Shown: positions 1-13,221 of the stretch, in pieces
Layout: the number at the start of each line of letters is the position of its first letter
Position numbering within the stretch: the stretch's first letter is position 1
Source: Calcarisporiella thermophila CBS 279.70
Taxonomy: Eukaryota; Fungi; Calcarisporiellomycota
Direction of reading: 5' to 3'
Assembly (NCBI RefSeq): GCF_041956535.1
Contig: NW_027192192.1
Coordinates: forward strand, 1,385,985 to 1,449,984
DNA: 64,000 nucleotides
Position numbers and translations under genes: made by a program
The notes under the pieces: model-generated
The model's input: the letters and a program-made list of their open reading frames with translations, nothing else
What the model was told of the DNA's origin: nothing
Databases searched by the model: none

Positions 1-919
1 TTGTTAAGCGTAAATCTTCCGGCTTTATGCGGCATATTTATAAAACTATGGCCGAGGACATGAACGATATCCTCGTGGGTCCCTCCATGCTTGATTTAAT
101 AACGCAGCGGTTGGGCAAAGAAGTATTCCAATTCGCCACAGAGGATTTAGAAGATTTACCGGCCGACGCCATTGCCGCGATTGCATCGAACTCATCGTCT
201 ATCTCCGACGAGAATCAAGCTGCCGCTTCGCCAATGGAACGGTCGGTTTCGATATCCGAAGGAAACCTAAAGGCCATAGAAAATGAGGGAGTCACACCGC
301 TAACGGAGCCGTTATGTGATTTGTTCATAGAACTGTTTGAGTTGAAAGATAAAAATAACTGGCTAAGACGGCAAGCAATTGTCATCATTTTGCAACAGAT
401 CCTCGGCGGAACGATCGAAAGGTGGGTCTTAGTCTTCTAGATCCGTGATAAGCACGCATGAGAATATATTTTAAACCTCTTATACGCAACCATAGAAAAC
501 TACGGGAGACGGCTAAGCAGCTCACATCTGAGGAGCAGATCGCTCAGATTATCACCAAGCTGGCGGATAGCTTGTGGCCCGAGGGCGAGCGTCCTCGCGG
601 CCCGAAACCTGTGCGTTCAGAGGAGGAGAAACGCCATACAAAGATGGAGGCCAACCGAAAGCTGTCGACCTGGTTACCCGGTAGCGACCATACAGTACCG
701 ATTGCAGTAGGAAATCCCACTAACTCGATTTATATATTAGACTTGATAGGAAATATGGTTGGCCGGCAGAATGCGCGTCGTGGCGCGCGGCGTCTCTTTG
801 CAGTTTTCCAAAACCGGCGGCTTAACCAACAGTTAATGTACATTCTACTCGACGAAATAGTAAACGCCCTCTTTCCTGGGATCCCCACTGGGGTTGCAGT
901 ACGACTGCCTATGAGCTGA
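1..919 (+). CDS. Sorting nexin (Mdm1/SNX13-14-25 family), C-terminal Nexin_C part; 5' end lies outside the window
   Basis: Spliced translation (introns 422-495, 681-740) gives PLCDLFIELFELKDKNNWLRRQAIVIILQQILGGTIERKLRE...LWP...DLIGNMVGRQNARRGARRLFAVFQNRRLNQQLMYILLDEIV, typical of the Nexin_C domain; stop at 917-919. Confidence 0.85.
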
Positions 920-1490
920 AAAGCACACAATTGAGAGGGGCTTTCTTCCTCTCTGTTGTATTGTAATTGTTTTATTTTATGATAGCTTTATGACATTATG
1001 GAGATATAACCTTTTTATTACGCATTTTTTACTGTTGGCAGCTCTTTTTTTTATCATTAATCCCTTATTAATTTCTCTGCGTCCGCTAGCATCCACCATT
1101 CCGTCTTAATTTAATTAACAAAAAGCACTGCATATTTTTTATTGTTTTTGCTAAAATGAAATCTCGATCATTATTTGAGTCTCCGACAAGGTATTAAGTG
1201 GCCACAACTTTTTCCTTTCCCTTTCGTTTACATTTTGTTAGTCCAGTTCCTTACATCTTGCGTGTCCCCACGCACTTCGTGCCGTATACCCTTTGTTCCT
1301 TTCTGTTCAAAATATCTGCTCCTAATTGATTCGGTACTGAGCTGGGCCTGGATTTCGTTTTAGGCAATTAGCATACTACTTCGTGCCTTAAAGCAGCCAC
1401 AATAAGCCCGGGTTCACTGTGGAGCCTTAACTGATCTCTTTATAATCACTGCTCTTTGCAAACTTTTGACATTTTGTCAGAGATTGAGAA

Positions 1491-3496
1491 ATGTCATTTT
1501 TTGGGCTTTTCAAGCGTGGTGCAAAACTGCTCCGTCCCACCACGCCCCCTCCCCACGATCAATCCGAGCAGAGAAAGTACAAAAAAGTACTCAAGACTCA
1601 ATCTGTTTCCCCTCCACGGCCACCACCTGCACCTCCTCTTGAACTAGACCAAACGAGCGAGAATGAATCGCCTCTTCCTTCGCCTTTAAGTATGGTTAAC
1701 CCGGTTGATCCAGAGTATATGGTACATAATCTTGGAGAGAAGCTGATACACGATAATGCAAAGGTATGGAATACATATAGGCATTACACAGAGATGGGAT
1801 TGTATGTATTGAATTTGTATTTTTTTGTTTGGTGCGATGTTTGGAACGATAGGTTCTTCTTCGAACCGTGCTCTTGGAGACAATGGATAGGAGTCGGCTA
1901 TTGTTGGAGCATCGATTATTTTTGGCAACATATAAAGGGTATGCTTTGTACATTCCGAACTCAGTCACGTATGCCTTGTTGAGTTGTGAGCCCATTATTA
2001 AAACTAGGCTATTCGTTTCGCCAGTAGAAAGCGCGCTTGAACGAGGAACAAAAGTGTTGTGTATAGGGTTGGATAATATTAAAATTTATTATCAACGATT
2101 GCATTTAGAGCTCATGGTTTTTTTATTTTTTTTTTCACTTAGATGTGGAGATGGACTTTGGGTCATTGTAAGTGTTAACGACTTATGTAACATACCCTAG
2201 TTTATCTTAATCTTTTTTTTTTTCTTTTTTCAGGAAATGGCTCTCAAGTATCCTCGCTCCCATATTGTTGGGGTAGATCAAACTCTCCCAGCTGTGGCCA
2301 GAGGCCCCCATCCGTCCAACTCCAGCTTTCAGATTATCGGGTTCAAAAATATGCATTTACCTTTTGAGGACAACGCTTTTACCCTTGTCTACCACCGCAT
2401 GATCCTCCTCTCGTTGCCAACTGCTGAATTAACCACGTTGCTAACTGAAGCAGTGCGAGTTGCTCGGCCTGGGAATGGGTGGATCGAATTTTTAGACGTA
2501 GATAACAAAGTCTATCGCGGTGGAACAAAAATGCGCGAACTTCTTTCACATGGTTGGCTTTGATAATTAATGGTCGGTAGAAAGCTAGAAATAACCCTAT
2601 CATTAATTATTAGTAAATGGAATATTACGAAACTACGATGTGAATCCTCACGCGGCAAAAGGCTTGGGCGGTTTGTTTGGTGAGATTGGCCTTACCGAAA
2701 TCAAGAAGAGCTGTCTCTCATTTCCACTAGGAGGTAAGCTTTTTGTTTTGTTCTATTTTTCCTAGTTAATTTTTTTTTACATAATTATCAACATGTTACT
2801 TTCTACTTCTTAGAATGGGGCAAAAACATCGGAAATACCCACGCTCATACCTTTCTCCCGCTTCAGGCGCAACTTTTCAAGCAGCCATCACAGCAACTCC
2901 CTTTTGATCTTGCCACTGACCCCCTCAAAGAGCGGCTAATTGAAAAGTGTCATGAGGAATTGGAAAAACACCAAGCCTACATCAACTATTACTTGGTGTT
3001 TGGCCAAAAACCTGCTGAACTCCAATTGCCAAGGAGAAGAGCATCCGAAAAGTTTCTCGGAGCCTATTCTTCAATCCGCTCAACTAAAACTCTCCCACTT
3101 CGCTCTTCGCTACATTCAATTATGACACCACCATCAAGTTGTCGCTCCTCCACTGATTCCACTGCCGGACGAGCCACTATGTTTTATGATGCAGACGAAG
3201 AGAGTATCTCATCGACAGATGAGATCTTGGCATCTCTCGATATTATCGCATCACCACGACAAGAACGCACGAGATCTTCCTCGGTCACCGCGTTAGAATC
3301 TGGGCAGTCCCCAAGAAACTCGCCCTCTTTCTCAGTTCTAAGGGTGCGACATTCGGATGGATCATTGGCTGCACGTCGACGACGGCAACAACACCAGCAA
3401 GCAATACAGAAGCATAAAATGTCACAATATTACGGTACCGCTAGAGAACTGGAAAGGAAAAGAAGTATTATTGGTACAACGTATGCATATTTTTAA
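1491..3496 (+). CDS. Class I SAM-dependent methyltransferase (fungal Methyltransf_23/25, LaeA-like fold) with low-complexity termini; multi-exon
   Basis: Exons join to give DRSRLLLEHRLFLATYKGLFVSPVESALERGTKVLCIGCGDGLWVIEMALKYPRSHIVGVD...LPFEDNAFTLVYHR...RVARPGNGWIEFLD...LSFPLGEWG...YYLVFGQKP. Introns start at about 1764, 1939, 2068, 2168, 2553 and 2734. Confidence 0.8.
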
Positions 3497-3896
3497 TCCC
3501 CCTCCTCCCTCCCTCCCCAATCAATTCCCTTTTCCTTGATTTGTCTATACTTATTCATATGTAATATCCCTCATTGTTCAATGTTTCTATCAATCCCTGC
3601 CAGAAATACTATTTTGTCATATGCATATGTTACCTTGTTATTTGTGTTATTTTCTCTCCATTGTTTATACCACTACATTGAATTATGGATAATTTTAATT
3701 TAGCATACATTACTATAGTAAATACAACAATTTCATTTTGGGTTTTTATTACGATCAGTGGCAATTTTTCAAAATCGGACCCTTGGCGTATATCTAGTTA
3801 GTTCTTTCCGAATCAAATCAAAACTTCTTTCCAACTGACTAATCTGATCAAATACCATAAGCCTACTCGACCTAGGAAAAAGAAATTTTCATCACC

Positions 3897-5645
3897 ATGA
3901 GCTGGTCAGTTTCTTGCGTTTTCATTTCTAACTAAGAGAAATTTCCCATTTACCATGCAATTTGATAAAAAATATGTTTCCTCGAATAACAGGAAAGGGA
4001 TCCAGAAGGCCGTCTCGCGTCTTCCACATCAATTTCTGGCTGCAACCGGCTACTCGGAGGAAACAAATGACACCGAGTTTAAGCAGTTAGAAGCCAAGTT
4101 CTCGGATTTGGAGCGCGTTGCTGGAAGACTGCACACGGATTCAGCTAAATATCGCGATGGGATCATGGGTATACATATATAAGTGATTACAATCGCCTCA
4201 TATATAATAATCCACTTATTTCATATACCATGCTGTAGCACTGCTTAATCATCAGGCAACCATTGCTGAAACTTTAGTTGAGCTCTATGGACCTATTGAT
4301 GGTCGTGACGATGGATCCGTTGCGAGACGGCCGCAAGCCTCACCCCAATCTATGACCGCAATACAACAGTACTGCACGCTAATGACGGAGACAAGAGACG
4401 TTCTTATCCCCGAGCTGGTAATCAAATTATATGCGCTGTAGCTTACCTGCGCTGAGGCTAAGATATAATGCGATTCAAAAAAAATATATAGGACATGATG
4501 GATCGACTTGTCATAAGGCCCACTGCCGATTTGATTGAGATAATGAAGCTGATAAGAAAAACAATTGTTAAGCGCAATCATAAGGTCCTTGACTACGATC
4601 GCTATAGAAATTCTCTGAAGAAGTTGAAAGACAAGAAAGAACGAACCTTGAGCGACGAGAGAGCCATGTTTAAGGTAGATATTTTGGTTACTCTGCTGTG
4701 GGCATTAGGGAGTGTTTATTCATCTATCTCTTTTTGGTTTTGTCTGCTTAACAGTTGGAAGCTCAGTATGAACAAGCTACTCAAGAATACAACTACTATA
4801 ATAACGTCCTCAAAGAGCAGCTTCCAACTTTCTTCCACCTCAAAAATGAGTTCACAGATCCGCTCTTCTCCTTTTTGTACCAAATGCAATATCGGATACA
4901 AGGCATTTTAATGCAGAAGATGAACGAAGTCGCGGCATTAGGATATTTCGACCTGGATACCGATACGATCCTGCTTTTCGATCGCCGAAAGAATGAAATA
5001 CAAGCCCAATTGGACGAGATGACACTATTATCGCGAAAAGCACTAGCCCAGGGTAAGATTATTTTTCCTCCATAGAGGAGCTATTTAGTGAAAAGCATAC
5101 ATTGCTATTATTACATTAGCAACGTCCTCGCACTTTCGCAGCAAGTTCGGCCACGCTCATGCACCCTCTATCTCGTCAGAGGAGCCCCATGACGAGCCTC
5201 TCCCCCCCTACTCTCCGACAAGTCACGCTACCCCTTTTGGAGATCGGAAATATGGGTCTAATTATCCCCCCCCCAACTCTATTAGCTCTAGCTCCAATCT
5301 AAGCGCGGCGCCAACTACAAGCACACGAGTAGGTCCCCCTGTATCCCCTCCCGTTGCGCCCAAGCCTACATTAAAGAAATATGTGGTCGCCCTGTACGAC
5401 TACGAGGCACAGGCGGAAGGAGATCTAAGTTTCCATAAAGATGACAAGATAGAAGTATTGGAACGCACCCAGAGTTCGGAAGACTGGTGGACGGGTAGGC
5501 TGAATGGGAAAACGGGAGTCTTTCCAGGTAAGCATGGGTGACTTCGTAGGCACCTTTTCTTACGGTCACTCCGTGAAAAGAGAGTTGGTGACCTTATTTA
5601 CTGATTTCCTCTAATCAACTAGCCAACTATGTGGCCGAACTCTAA
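3897..5645 (+). CDS. RVS167: Amphiphysin-like BAR-SH3 protein (Rvs167/Hob1)
   Basis: 8-nt first exon ATGAGCTG, intron 3905-3992, then MSWKGIQKAVSRLP; BAR motif KRNHKVLDYDRYRNS; C-terminal SH3 YVVALYDYEAQAEGDLSFHKDDKIEVLERTQSSEDWWTGRLNGKTGVFPANYV; TAA at 5643-5645. Confidence 0.92.
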
Positions 5646-5888
5646 CGAATCTCGGCAAAACCACCCATTTTCTGGTCATACCATCATCCTCGCTTCATTT
5701 ATTCATCTTTCCATTCATTCTTGAAACGTTTGTATTTCCGTCCGCTTCGTTACTCAAACGAATAAACAATAGCAGCCGGTTCACTAATTTTTTTGGCTGT
5801 ATTTTGATTCAAAATGCAAATGTATGCTATTCTCTTTAATGGGCCTCTGTTGAATAAAATATACACGGCCTCCAGTTTACAGTCACGT

Positions 5889-7808
5889 TTATAAATACCA
5901 CTTCCGCCACTTCGTCCAGTTAGATGCTCGACCCACCTTCTCCTCCTCCTCTTCCTCTCTATCAAAGGCAAAGTTGACTCGTATTATCTCGCCAAACCCC
6001 TCAGCCATCTTGGGCTCCTCAAATTTCGATGCATACATTCGGAATGCAATTTCCGGCACCGGATTTGCCTTTTGGACCTCGGATCGGAACTGGTTATTGT
6101 GCTTCGCGAGAGCCTCGGAAGCAGTGAACCAAAAACACCTTGTGGGGATATTGTGTTGCTTCGCAAGTTGAATGTAGGCTCGACGGGCCTCGGCCGTAGG
6201 ATTGGTATTGTCTAGAAAAACAAGGTCAGCTAGGAAAGAAAAATTGCTGCCGTCAACTCATACCTATGACTACGGATTTTCCTTCTTGAAGTGCAGCCTT
6301 GCAAGCGACAGTGCACCTCTGGCGGGTACCGAGAGTATCCTGTCGAAAATCGATATGTAAGAGAATAAAGCAAATATGATAGAGCTGCATTGCATACCTG
6401 ATTTATGTGGACATATCCTTGAGAAACCAGCCGTTTCTTCGCAAAACTATGAATAATTAAAACAAAAGTTTGCACCTTATCGATCCAAGATTGTGAAGGT
6501 GGAAATTACTATGTTTTGCCACTAGCAGGGTAGCCCACAAATATGATCATTTCTTGCTTCACCTCCTCAGAAAAGAGAGCCGAAGGAGATAGTGCTGCAG
6601 AGGATAGTTCTATACCAGAAATGAAAGCAGTTCAGCCTATAAATAGTGGCACTGAACCCAAGTCTTACTACCAACCCTCCATTTCGACTCTAGGGTCAAA
6701 ATCTCCCCAGCTAAATGCGGCCATCGGCTCATCAAGAAAATATTCCTCAGGCGTCGAGAAAGAGATGCCAATATTGTCTGCAAATTTTCTGAAAATCAAT
6801 GTAAAAGTTGGCCAGCATGATTAGGAAAATATCAACTTCTCAAGCTCACCTATCGACACAGGCGTGGTCCTCTGGCGCACCTTTTTTCCATCCCTTGGCA
6901 CGCCCCGCGGCATCCCCGATATAAAAGCTTTTCTCTAGTTCTGTGTTCCAAACAAGTTAAACAAGTGTATCAAATATAGCGTGATCGAGTCACAACGATG
7001 TACCAACTTCGATGCCGCTATTATGCTCGGATAAAAAACTCGACCACATCCCTGTTCGCGGCTTTCTATTGGAATCATACATGGTAGCAACAAATATTTG
7101 CAGCGGAATGTTTAGCTAAATGTGGGGTGATATAGATCACAGAGTAAATCAATAAATAAAAAAATAAAGATAAATAAAATCCCTTGCAATAGTATACCTC
7201 TGCAACGACATGATTCATTTTTTCTTTAAAATCAGATTTTCTTTTTTGATGCTTTAGCCCACCTTGATTGGTGAAAATAACCACTTTATACCTATGAAAA
7301 AGAGTTTAGTTAGTCGTAAACCCAACATCCTTATATCAATATCCATTTTACCCCTCCTCGTGAAGGCTACGCAATCTTAAAGGGACGACAGGATTCCACC
7401 ATTCCCAATCGCTGGAATCCTTCGGATGCCGCCTGCCTTGTTTTGGTTTAATGAGCGTTCCGTCCTGAATTAATTGAACCCATTTGTAAATGCCTGTATT
7501 GTCCCAATTAAATTCTATCTACCTACGAGATCAAAAGCCGCTATCTTAGCATTTCCCGCAGGATTCATGTGAGCTGCTAGCATTAGACCATCTCTCTCCC
7601 CCCATGCAAGCGATATTCTTTCCTTCATCTTCGTAAAGAAAGGATGAATTTGCGCCGCTTCACTAGTACGAGCTGCTACTAGGAATTATCGACAATTAAA
7701 ATCTTCAGCAAGGATAATTCGCTAATAGATCACAATCACACCTTTGACCCTAGCCTCTGCCTCCTTACTTTCCATTCGTCGCTTAGTGCCTCTATTATTG
7801 ACCGTCAT
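5889..7808 (-). CDS. PNKP: Bifunctional polynucleotide kinase 3'-phosphatase, multi-exon
   Basis: Minus-strand exons encode KIAAFDL|DGTLIKP, VVIFTNQGG, RKPRTGMWS, FYIGDAAGR, DRKFADNIGISFSTPEEYF, EMIIFVGYPASGKT and YVHINQD, i.e. a HAD phosphatase plus P-loop kinase. Start codon is tentative. Confidence 0.9.
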
Positions 7809-8170
7809 CGGTTCTGGCCGAGAATTGGTATTGGGGTGTCCTAAAATAGCAAACTACTATGGGCAGGCCTCTGCCATAAAAAATGGAAGGAAAATGCCTC
7901 GCTCATTTATGTGACTTCTGTGACGCAGGGTGATAAAAGTCCCACAAACACGTATTTACTTCCATTTTCAGGAGAAATTAACGTTAGAACAGATCCGTCC
8001 ACAAGTTTAATAGATTCAGTCCCAAGTTGTCAAAGACAATATAAAGTAGTTTCCACACTATGGCCCCACCGCCCCCTCCCCTTCTCCTCTTCCTCTACCC
8101 TGGCTTTGCTGTCGATTTTGTAAAATCTCTTCTACTTCCCTCCCCATTCATTCAGTAATTGTCACGCGCA

Positions 8171-8819
8171 ATGAAGCTCTCCACCCTCATCATAGCCCTA
8201 TCCACACTGGGTTACATTCATGAAACCTGTGCCCGTAAGTATCAATAACGACCATTATTCGGCATTATCCAACTCACGCTCTCTTTGTAAATTGTTCATG
8301 TTCTTCTCCAGAACCCAGTGTGGAATCAGGTAATTCGAAACTCGTTTATTCAATACTCCTCAGTTAGCTCTTCTAAACCACACTTCTCTTCCAGTTCAGA
8401 AAACCTATAATTGCATAGTAGGTTGTAGGACCATGGAAGCTCTGCATGTTGCTCAATGTTATCAGAATTGTATTGTGCAAAATTACGAAGCAAAGCCTTT
8501 GCCCTCAGCCCCTAGCGATGCATCCTCAGTCGCAACCATATCCGATCCTTCCTTGATACCTGCAACCTCTTCAGAGAACAATGCTGCCACCCCATCTCCA
8601 ACCGCTTCATTGGCCACCGATTCCCGCGATTCTTCGCCAACCATCCCATCGATTGCCACCTCTTCGATTCAAGATACAAGACCATCACTGCGCACGCTCC
8701 GGCCGGTACCGATCCCCACATACAATCCCAACATCTCTCCAGGGAATCGTCCCGTACACTCTCTATCTCTGAAAGGACTGGCTATCTTTAGCATAGTGGT
8801 GCTGGTTAGCATCGCTTAA
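8171..8819 (+). CDS. Small secreted Cys-motif, Ser/Thr/Pro-rich protein, probably GPI-anchored
   Basis: Signal peptide MKLSTLIIALSTLGYIHETCA; introns 8235-8311 and 8330-8394 flank an 18-nt micro-exon; C-x3-C-x9-C-x3-C motif; S/T-rich stalk; hydrophobic C-terminus LAIFSIVVLVSIA. Confidence 0.75.
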
Positions 8820-9007
8820 TCAAGGGGCCTTTATTCGTGAATAATATCCTTCCTTATGATAACGTTGTTTACTTTTTTAACCCAATCCAAATAAATTCTC
8901 CCTTGCTTAAAATAAATACACTACAAAAAAACACGAACAATCTTGAAATAAAAATAGTACTATGAAGAACCGTGCCTTTTGTAAACATTGTCCCATTGTC
9001 CAGTTCG

Positions 9008-9999
9008 CTACAGCTTGCTTCCCCCCGAGCCCGCCTTCGCTAGGTGGCAGTATCCATTGGCCAACACCACACGGTTACCCACCTTAGTCACAAATGAGAT
9101 CACGCGCTTCGTGGGCGTATCCTCCACAACCCACACATTGGTGCTCAGTGTATCTCCCGGGTACACCGGCGAAGCGAATTTTGCTCCAAATCCCTTGAAC
9201 TCGTATCCTTCGCCAAAATGTTTAAGGATGGCATGAGCGGCATAGCCATACGTGCAAAGGCCATGAAGAATCGGTCGCTCAAATCCGATTTTCGGCGCTA
9301 TCGTGGGGTCAATATGGAGAGGGTTATAATCGCCCGAGAGCCGGTAAAGAATGGCCTGCTCGCGACTTGTCGTGTCCACCACAATCTTGTCCGGCTCTCT
9401 GTCGGGCACCTGCACCAGCCTGCTTTTGCCTCCCTTAGGACCCCCGAATCCCCCCATTCCAAAGATAAACACCTGGCTCACCGAACGCGAGTACGTTCTC
9501 CCCTCTTTATCGCAAAGCGTTTTCGAGGTCTCGATGACCATTCCTTTTCCACGATCGTAAATACCCTCCACGCGACTTCTCATCTCCATGTCTCCCTGAG
9601 TTGGAAGCGGACGGAAAATCTCGATATGCTCTTCGGCATGCACAAGCTTCTTGAGATCAATTGATGGCAAACCGGGGATGGAGGAGACTGCACCGGGTCC
9701 GGCGCCAAAGACAGTGGCATCGAAGCTTGCGCCCTTGAGCGAAAGTACCACCGGATAGGTTGGGAAAACGCGAAAATCCTTATCTGAATTACGGGGATAC
9801 CATGAGTGATTTAGAGAAAAAAAATGGTGCACCACGTCTATATTAGTCACCCCTCTAATTGGCACGTACCTAACTCGTACAAATACTTGAGCTCATCCTC
9901 TTTTACGCCGATGGAGAGCGCATAGAGCATGCAGTCTCGGCGATTGTAAAGCACGCGCTGAGGGGGGAACTCATAACCGACCGCCTTTTGAAGGTCCAT
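9008..9999 (-). CDS. Peroxisomal (R)-specific enoyl-CoA hydratase 2 (MaoC/hot-dog), monofunctional
   Basis: MDLQKAVGYEFP...YALSIG; hydratase-2 motif YRLSGDYNPLHIDP...PILHGLCTYG; C-terminal PTS1 SKL; one intron at about 9784-9869. Confidence 0.9.
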
Positions 10000-10316
10000 A
10001 CTTGTTTTTAGCCTAGGGCAAACGTATGAGAAGAGAAGAAATCCTCACGCACGTGGAAATGACGGAGGGCATAAATGAATCGATTGTCCACTGTCCATGT
10101 GACGGTCTTTTTTGTGAACGACCTTGCAGATAAGATGGGAATCGATGAACTTTTTAACTCCGCGTTAATTTCTTGCCTTTTTCTTCCTCTTTTTCCTGAG
10201 TGTTCTTAACTCCCACCCTTAGTTTCCAGAGCCTTCGCTTATCTTCCCCAGCCGTCATTTTCTCTCCTCATTCGCCCTATACTTGGCATCCTCATTGCAC
10301 AGCTAAAATTATTAGA

Positions 10317-13221
10317 ATGGTGGCTAGGCATTCCCTCGACTCATGCGGTCCTTCCACAAGCGCACGGACTACAAGCGATTCCAAACCTCGCATAATTAGC
10401 GTCACACACCAAGTCCCTTACAATTGCGTTCTTCAGAATGGCATCTCTGAGAGGTCTTCCGCCAGCGTCCCCACCCAGCCACCGGCGCCGGGTGGTTCTG
10501 GGAAACTCGACAGCTCCCCCCTCTTACAGCTGGAAAAGCCCAAATGGCGTTTAACGACACGCCGTGGGCATTCAGCCCTCTACGCGGGTGTCCGCTCTCT
10601 TCAGGAGAGCAGTGGAGAATGGGGAGAATCGATTCACGTCGGGTGGGTGGGACAGTGCACTAACGAGCTGGGCGAGGCACTGGAGTCTGCAAAGCTCCAC
10701 CAGCCATATCGCGAGAGCTTACGCGAACGGTTGTGGGAAGAGAAGGTTGTGCCTGTATTTCTGGAAGATAAAATCTCGGCGGGACACTACGAAGGCTATT
10801 GCAAGACAGGTAAGCCTATATCAGATAAGCGCCGTGAACTCTTCTGAGGGCGGCCTCCTTATTTTTTATTAGTGCTTTGGCCGCTACTTCATTATCTCGT
10901 GTGGGACACGGCTATGGACGCCCGAAAGCAATCGCTTTACTGGGGAGATTATGTGGCCGTGAACAAAAAGTTCGCTCAGGCCATCAGTGAGATCTATCAG
11001 CCAGAAGATATTAGTATGGCATTGTCTCAATAACCTACTTTCCACGCAAATTCAGTGAACCATTTTACTTTCATTATCTGTAGTTTGGGTGCATGACTAC
11101 CACCTGATGCTGCTTCCTCAGCTGCTCCGCGGGCTTATTCCTGCAGCCATCATAGGCTACTTCCACCATGCACCATTCTGTAGCTCAGAGATCTTTAGAT
11201 GTCTTCCTAGTAAGTATTCCGTGACTCTTGTGCAAATCAATTCGAATCCTACTTATAAAACTGCTCTTTGTCTACCCGGTAGAACGGGAGGACATCCTAC
11301 AGGGAATCCTTGGCTCGAACCAAGTTGGATTTCAAACCTACTCCTATGCGCGCCACTTCATGAGTAGCTGTACACGCGTCCTCGGCTACGATACCACACC
11401 ATTGGGTGTCGATGCAAAAGGTCACCTTGTTGTTGTGCAAACATCACCGATTGGAATAGATGCAGAGCGAGTGGACGCATGGCGCAAGGCTCCGGGAGTC
11501 GCCCCCAAGGTGAAAGCCATTAGAGAGATGTACGCGGGAAAGAAGATTATTGTGGCGCGAGACAAGCTCGACGTGGTGAAGGGGGTGAAGCAAAAGCTCA
11601 CCGCGTTTGAGAAGTTCCTTGAGGATTTCCCCGAATGGCGTGGAAAGGTTGGTAGAGCTGGTTTTCCCTCACATTTATACAGCGTCCCAACGCTCACATC
11701 CTCTTTTGGGGGATGCATTAGGTTGTGTTGATCCAAGTGACAAGCCCGGGGGTGCGCGAATCCGTTAAACTTGAGCACAAAATATCGGAGCTGGTGTCCA
11801 GCATTAATAGCACGTATGGCTCGCTTGAGTTCACTCCAGTACACCACTATCACCAGCACATCGATCGCGACGAGTACTATGCGCTGCTGACGGTGGCCGA
11901 CGTTGCGCTCATCACCTCGATCCGCGACGGGATGAACACGACCTCGCTGGAGTATATCATTTGTCAGAAAGAGGGTCATGGTCCGCTAATTCTCTCGGAA
12001 TTCACGGGCACCGCGGGCTCCCTGGCCGCCGCAATCCAGGTCAACCCGTGGGACTACAGTATGGTGGCCAATGCGATCAATGAATCCCTGAAAATCCCAG
12101 CCGACGAGAAGATCATCAAGCATGAGCAACTTTACAACCATGTGAGCTCCCACACCGCCAAGTATTGGGCCACGAGCTTTATCCGCCAGCTCATTGCGAA
12201 TGCGGGCACTCCCGATCAAGGATACCTAACCCCCTTACTAGACGTAGAATTGCTAATAGAGAAATACCGAGCGACCAGCAAGAGGTTGCTCCTGTTTGAC
12301 TATGATGTTAGTAGATGGCTCTTTTACGTTGGACCTTACGAAGGAAGGATACCTACCGGGCACTGACCTCCATCTCCTGTAGGGAACCCTGACCCCCATA
12401 GTGAAACAGCCGCATTTGGCCACGCCGAGTGAGAAGATGCTGCGCGCGCTCCAACAACTGTGCGACGACCCCCACAATGTCGTGTGGGTGATCTCAGGCC
12501 GCGACCAGAAAACTCTCATGGAGTGGCTGGGAGGCGTGCGGAATCTTGGGCTAAGGTAGAGTGCGTGGATTGGTTGTACATCCCGAGCTGCCGAGTTCTC
12601 ACTCTTTGCTCCCTCCTTTGTTTTCACCCCCATGCTATTAGTGCCGAGCATGGATGCTTCCTGAAGAACCCGGGTGTAGACCGATGGATCAACCTTACCG
12701 AGCAGATCGACATGTCGTGGCAGAACGAGGTCAACGCTATCTTTAACTACTATACCGAGCGCACGCAGGGCTCCTTTGTCGAGCACAAGATCTGCTCCAT
12801 TGCCTGGCACTATCGCATGGCCGATCCGGCTTACGGCGAATTCCAGGCGAAAGAGTGCCAGAATCACCTGCGGCAGGCGATCGTCTCCAAGCTCCCTGTC
12901 GACATTCTGGTCGGGAAGAAGAATCTGGAGGTTCGCCCCATCTCGATCAATAAGGGTGGAGTAGTGCAGCGGCTGCTCGCCGCCCACTCCTCCCTCGACT
13001 TTGTGATGTGTGCAGGAGATGACAAAACCGACGAGGATATGTTCAGGGCCATCAAAAACGCCGGGAAACTCCGAGGCGTGGAGGAGGAGCAGTACCATCA
13101 GTTCCGGGTGACCATTGGGGCCGAGACCAAGAAGACGCTTGCGAGCTGGCACGTGCCGACTCCCGAAGAGCTGGTGAGCATTCTGGAGCGTCTGGCCGGA
13201 ATTGCAAACGAGCACTCCTAA
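10317..13221 (+). CDS. TPS2: Trehalose-6-phosphate phosphatase subunit (GT20 domain plus HAD phosphatase), multi-exon
   Basis: HYEGYCK, WVHDYHLMLLP, GFQTYSYARHF, RDKLDVVKGVKQKL, RDGMNTTSLEY, LILSEFTG, LFDYDGTLTP, SAEHG, GKKNLEVRP, AGDDKTDEDMF. Confidence 0.93.

Noticed and set aside
12253-13215. 320-aa antisense ORF, and similar ORFs at 11422-11979, 14082-14741, 23010-23732 and 31912-32607
   Set aside because: Shadow ORFs opposite GC-rich real genes, with no motifs.
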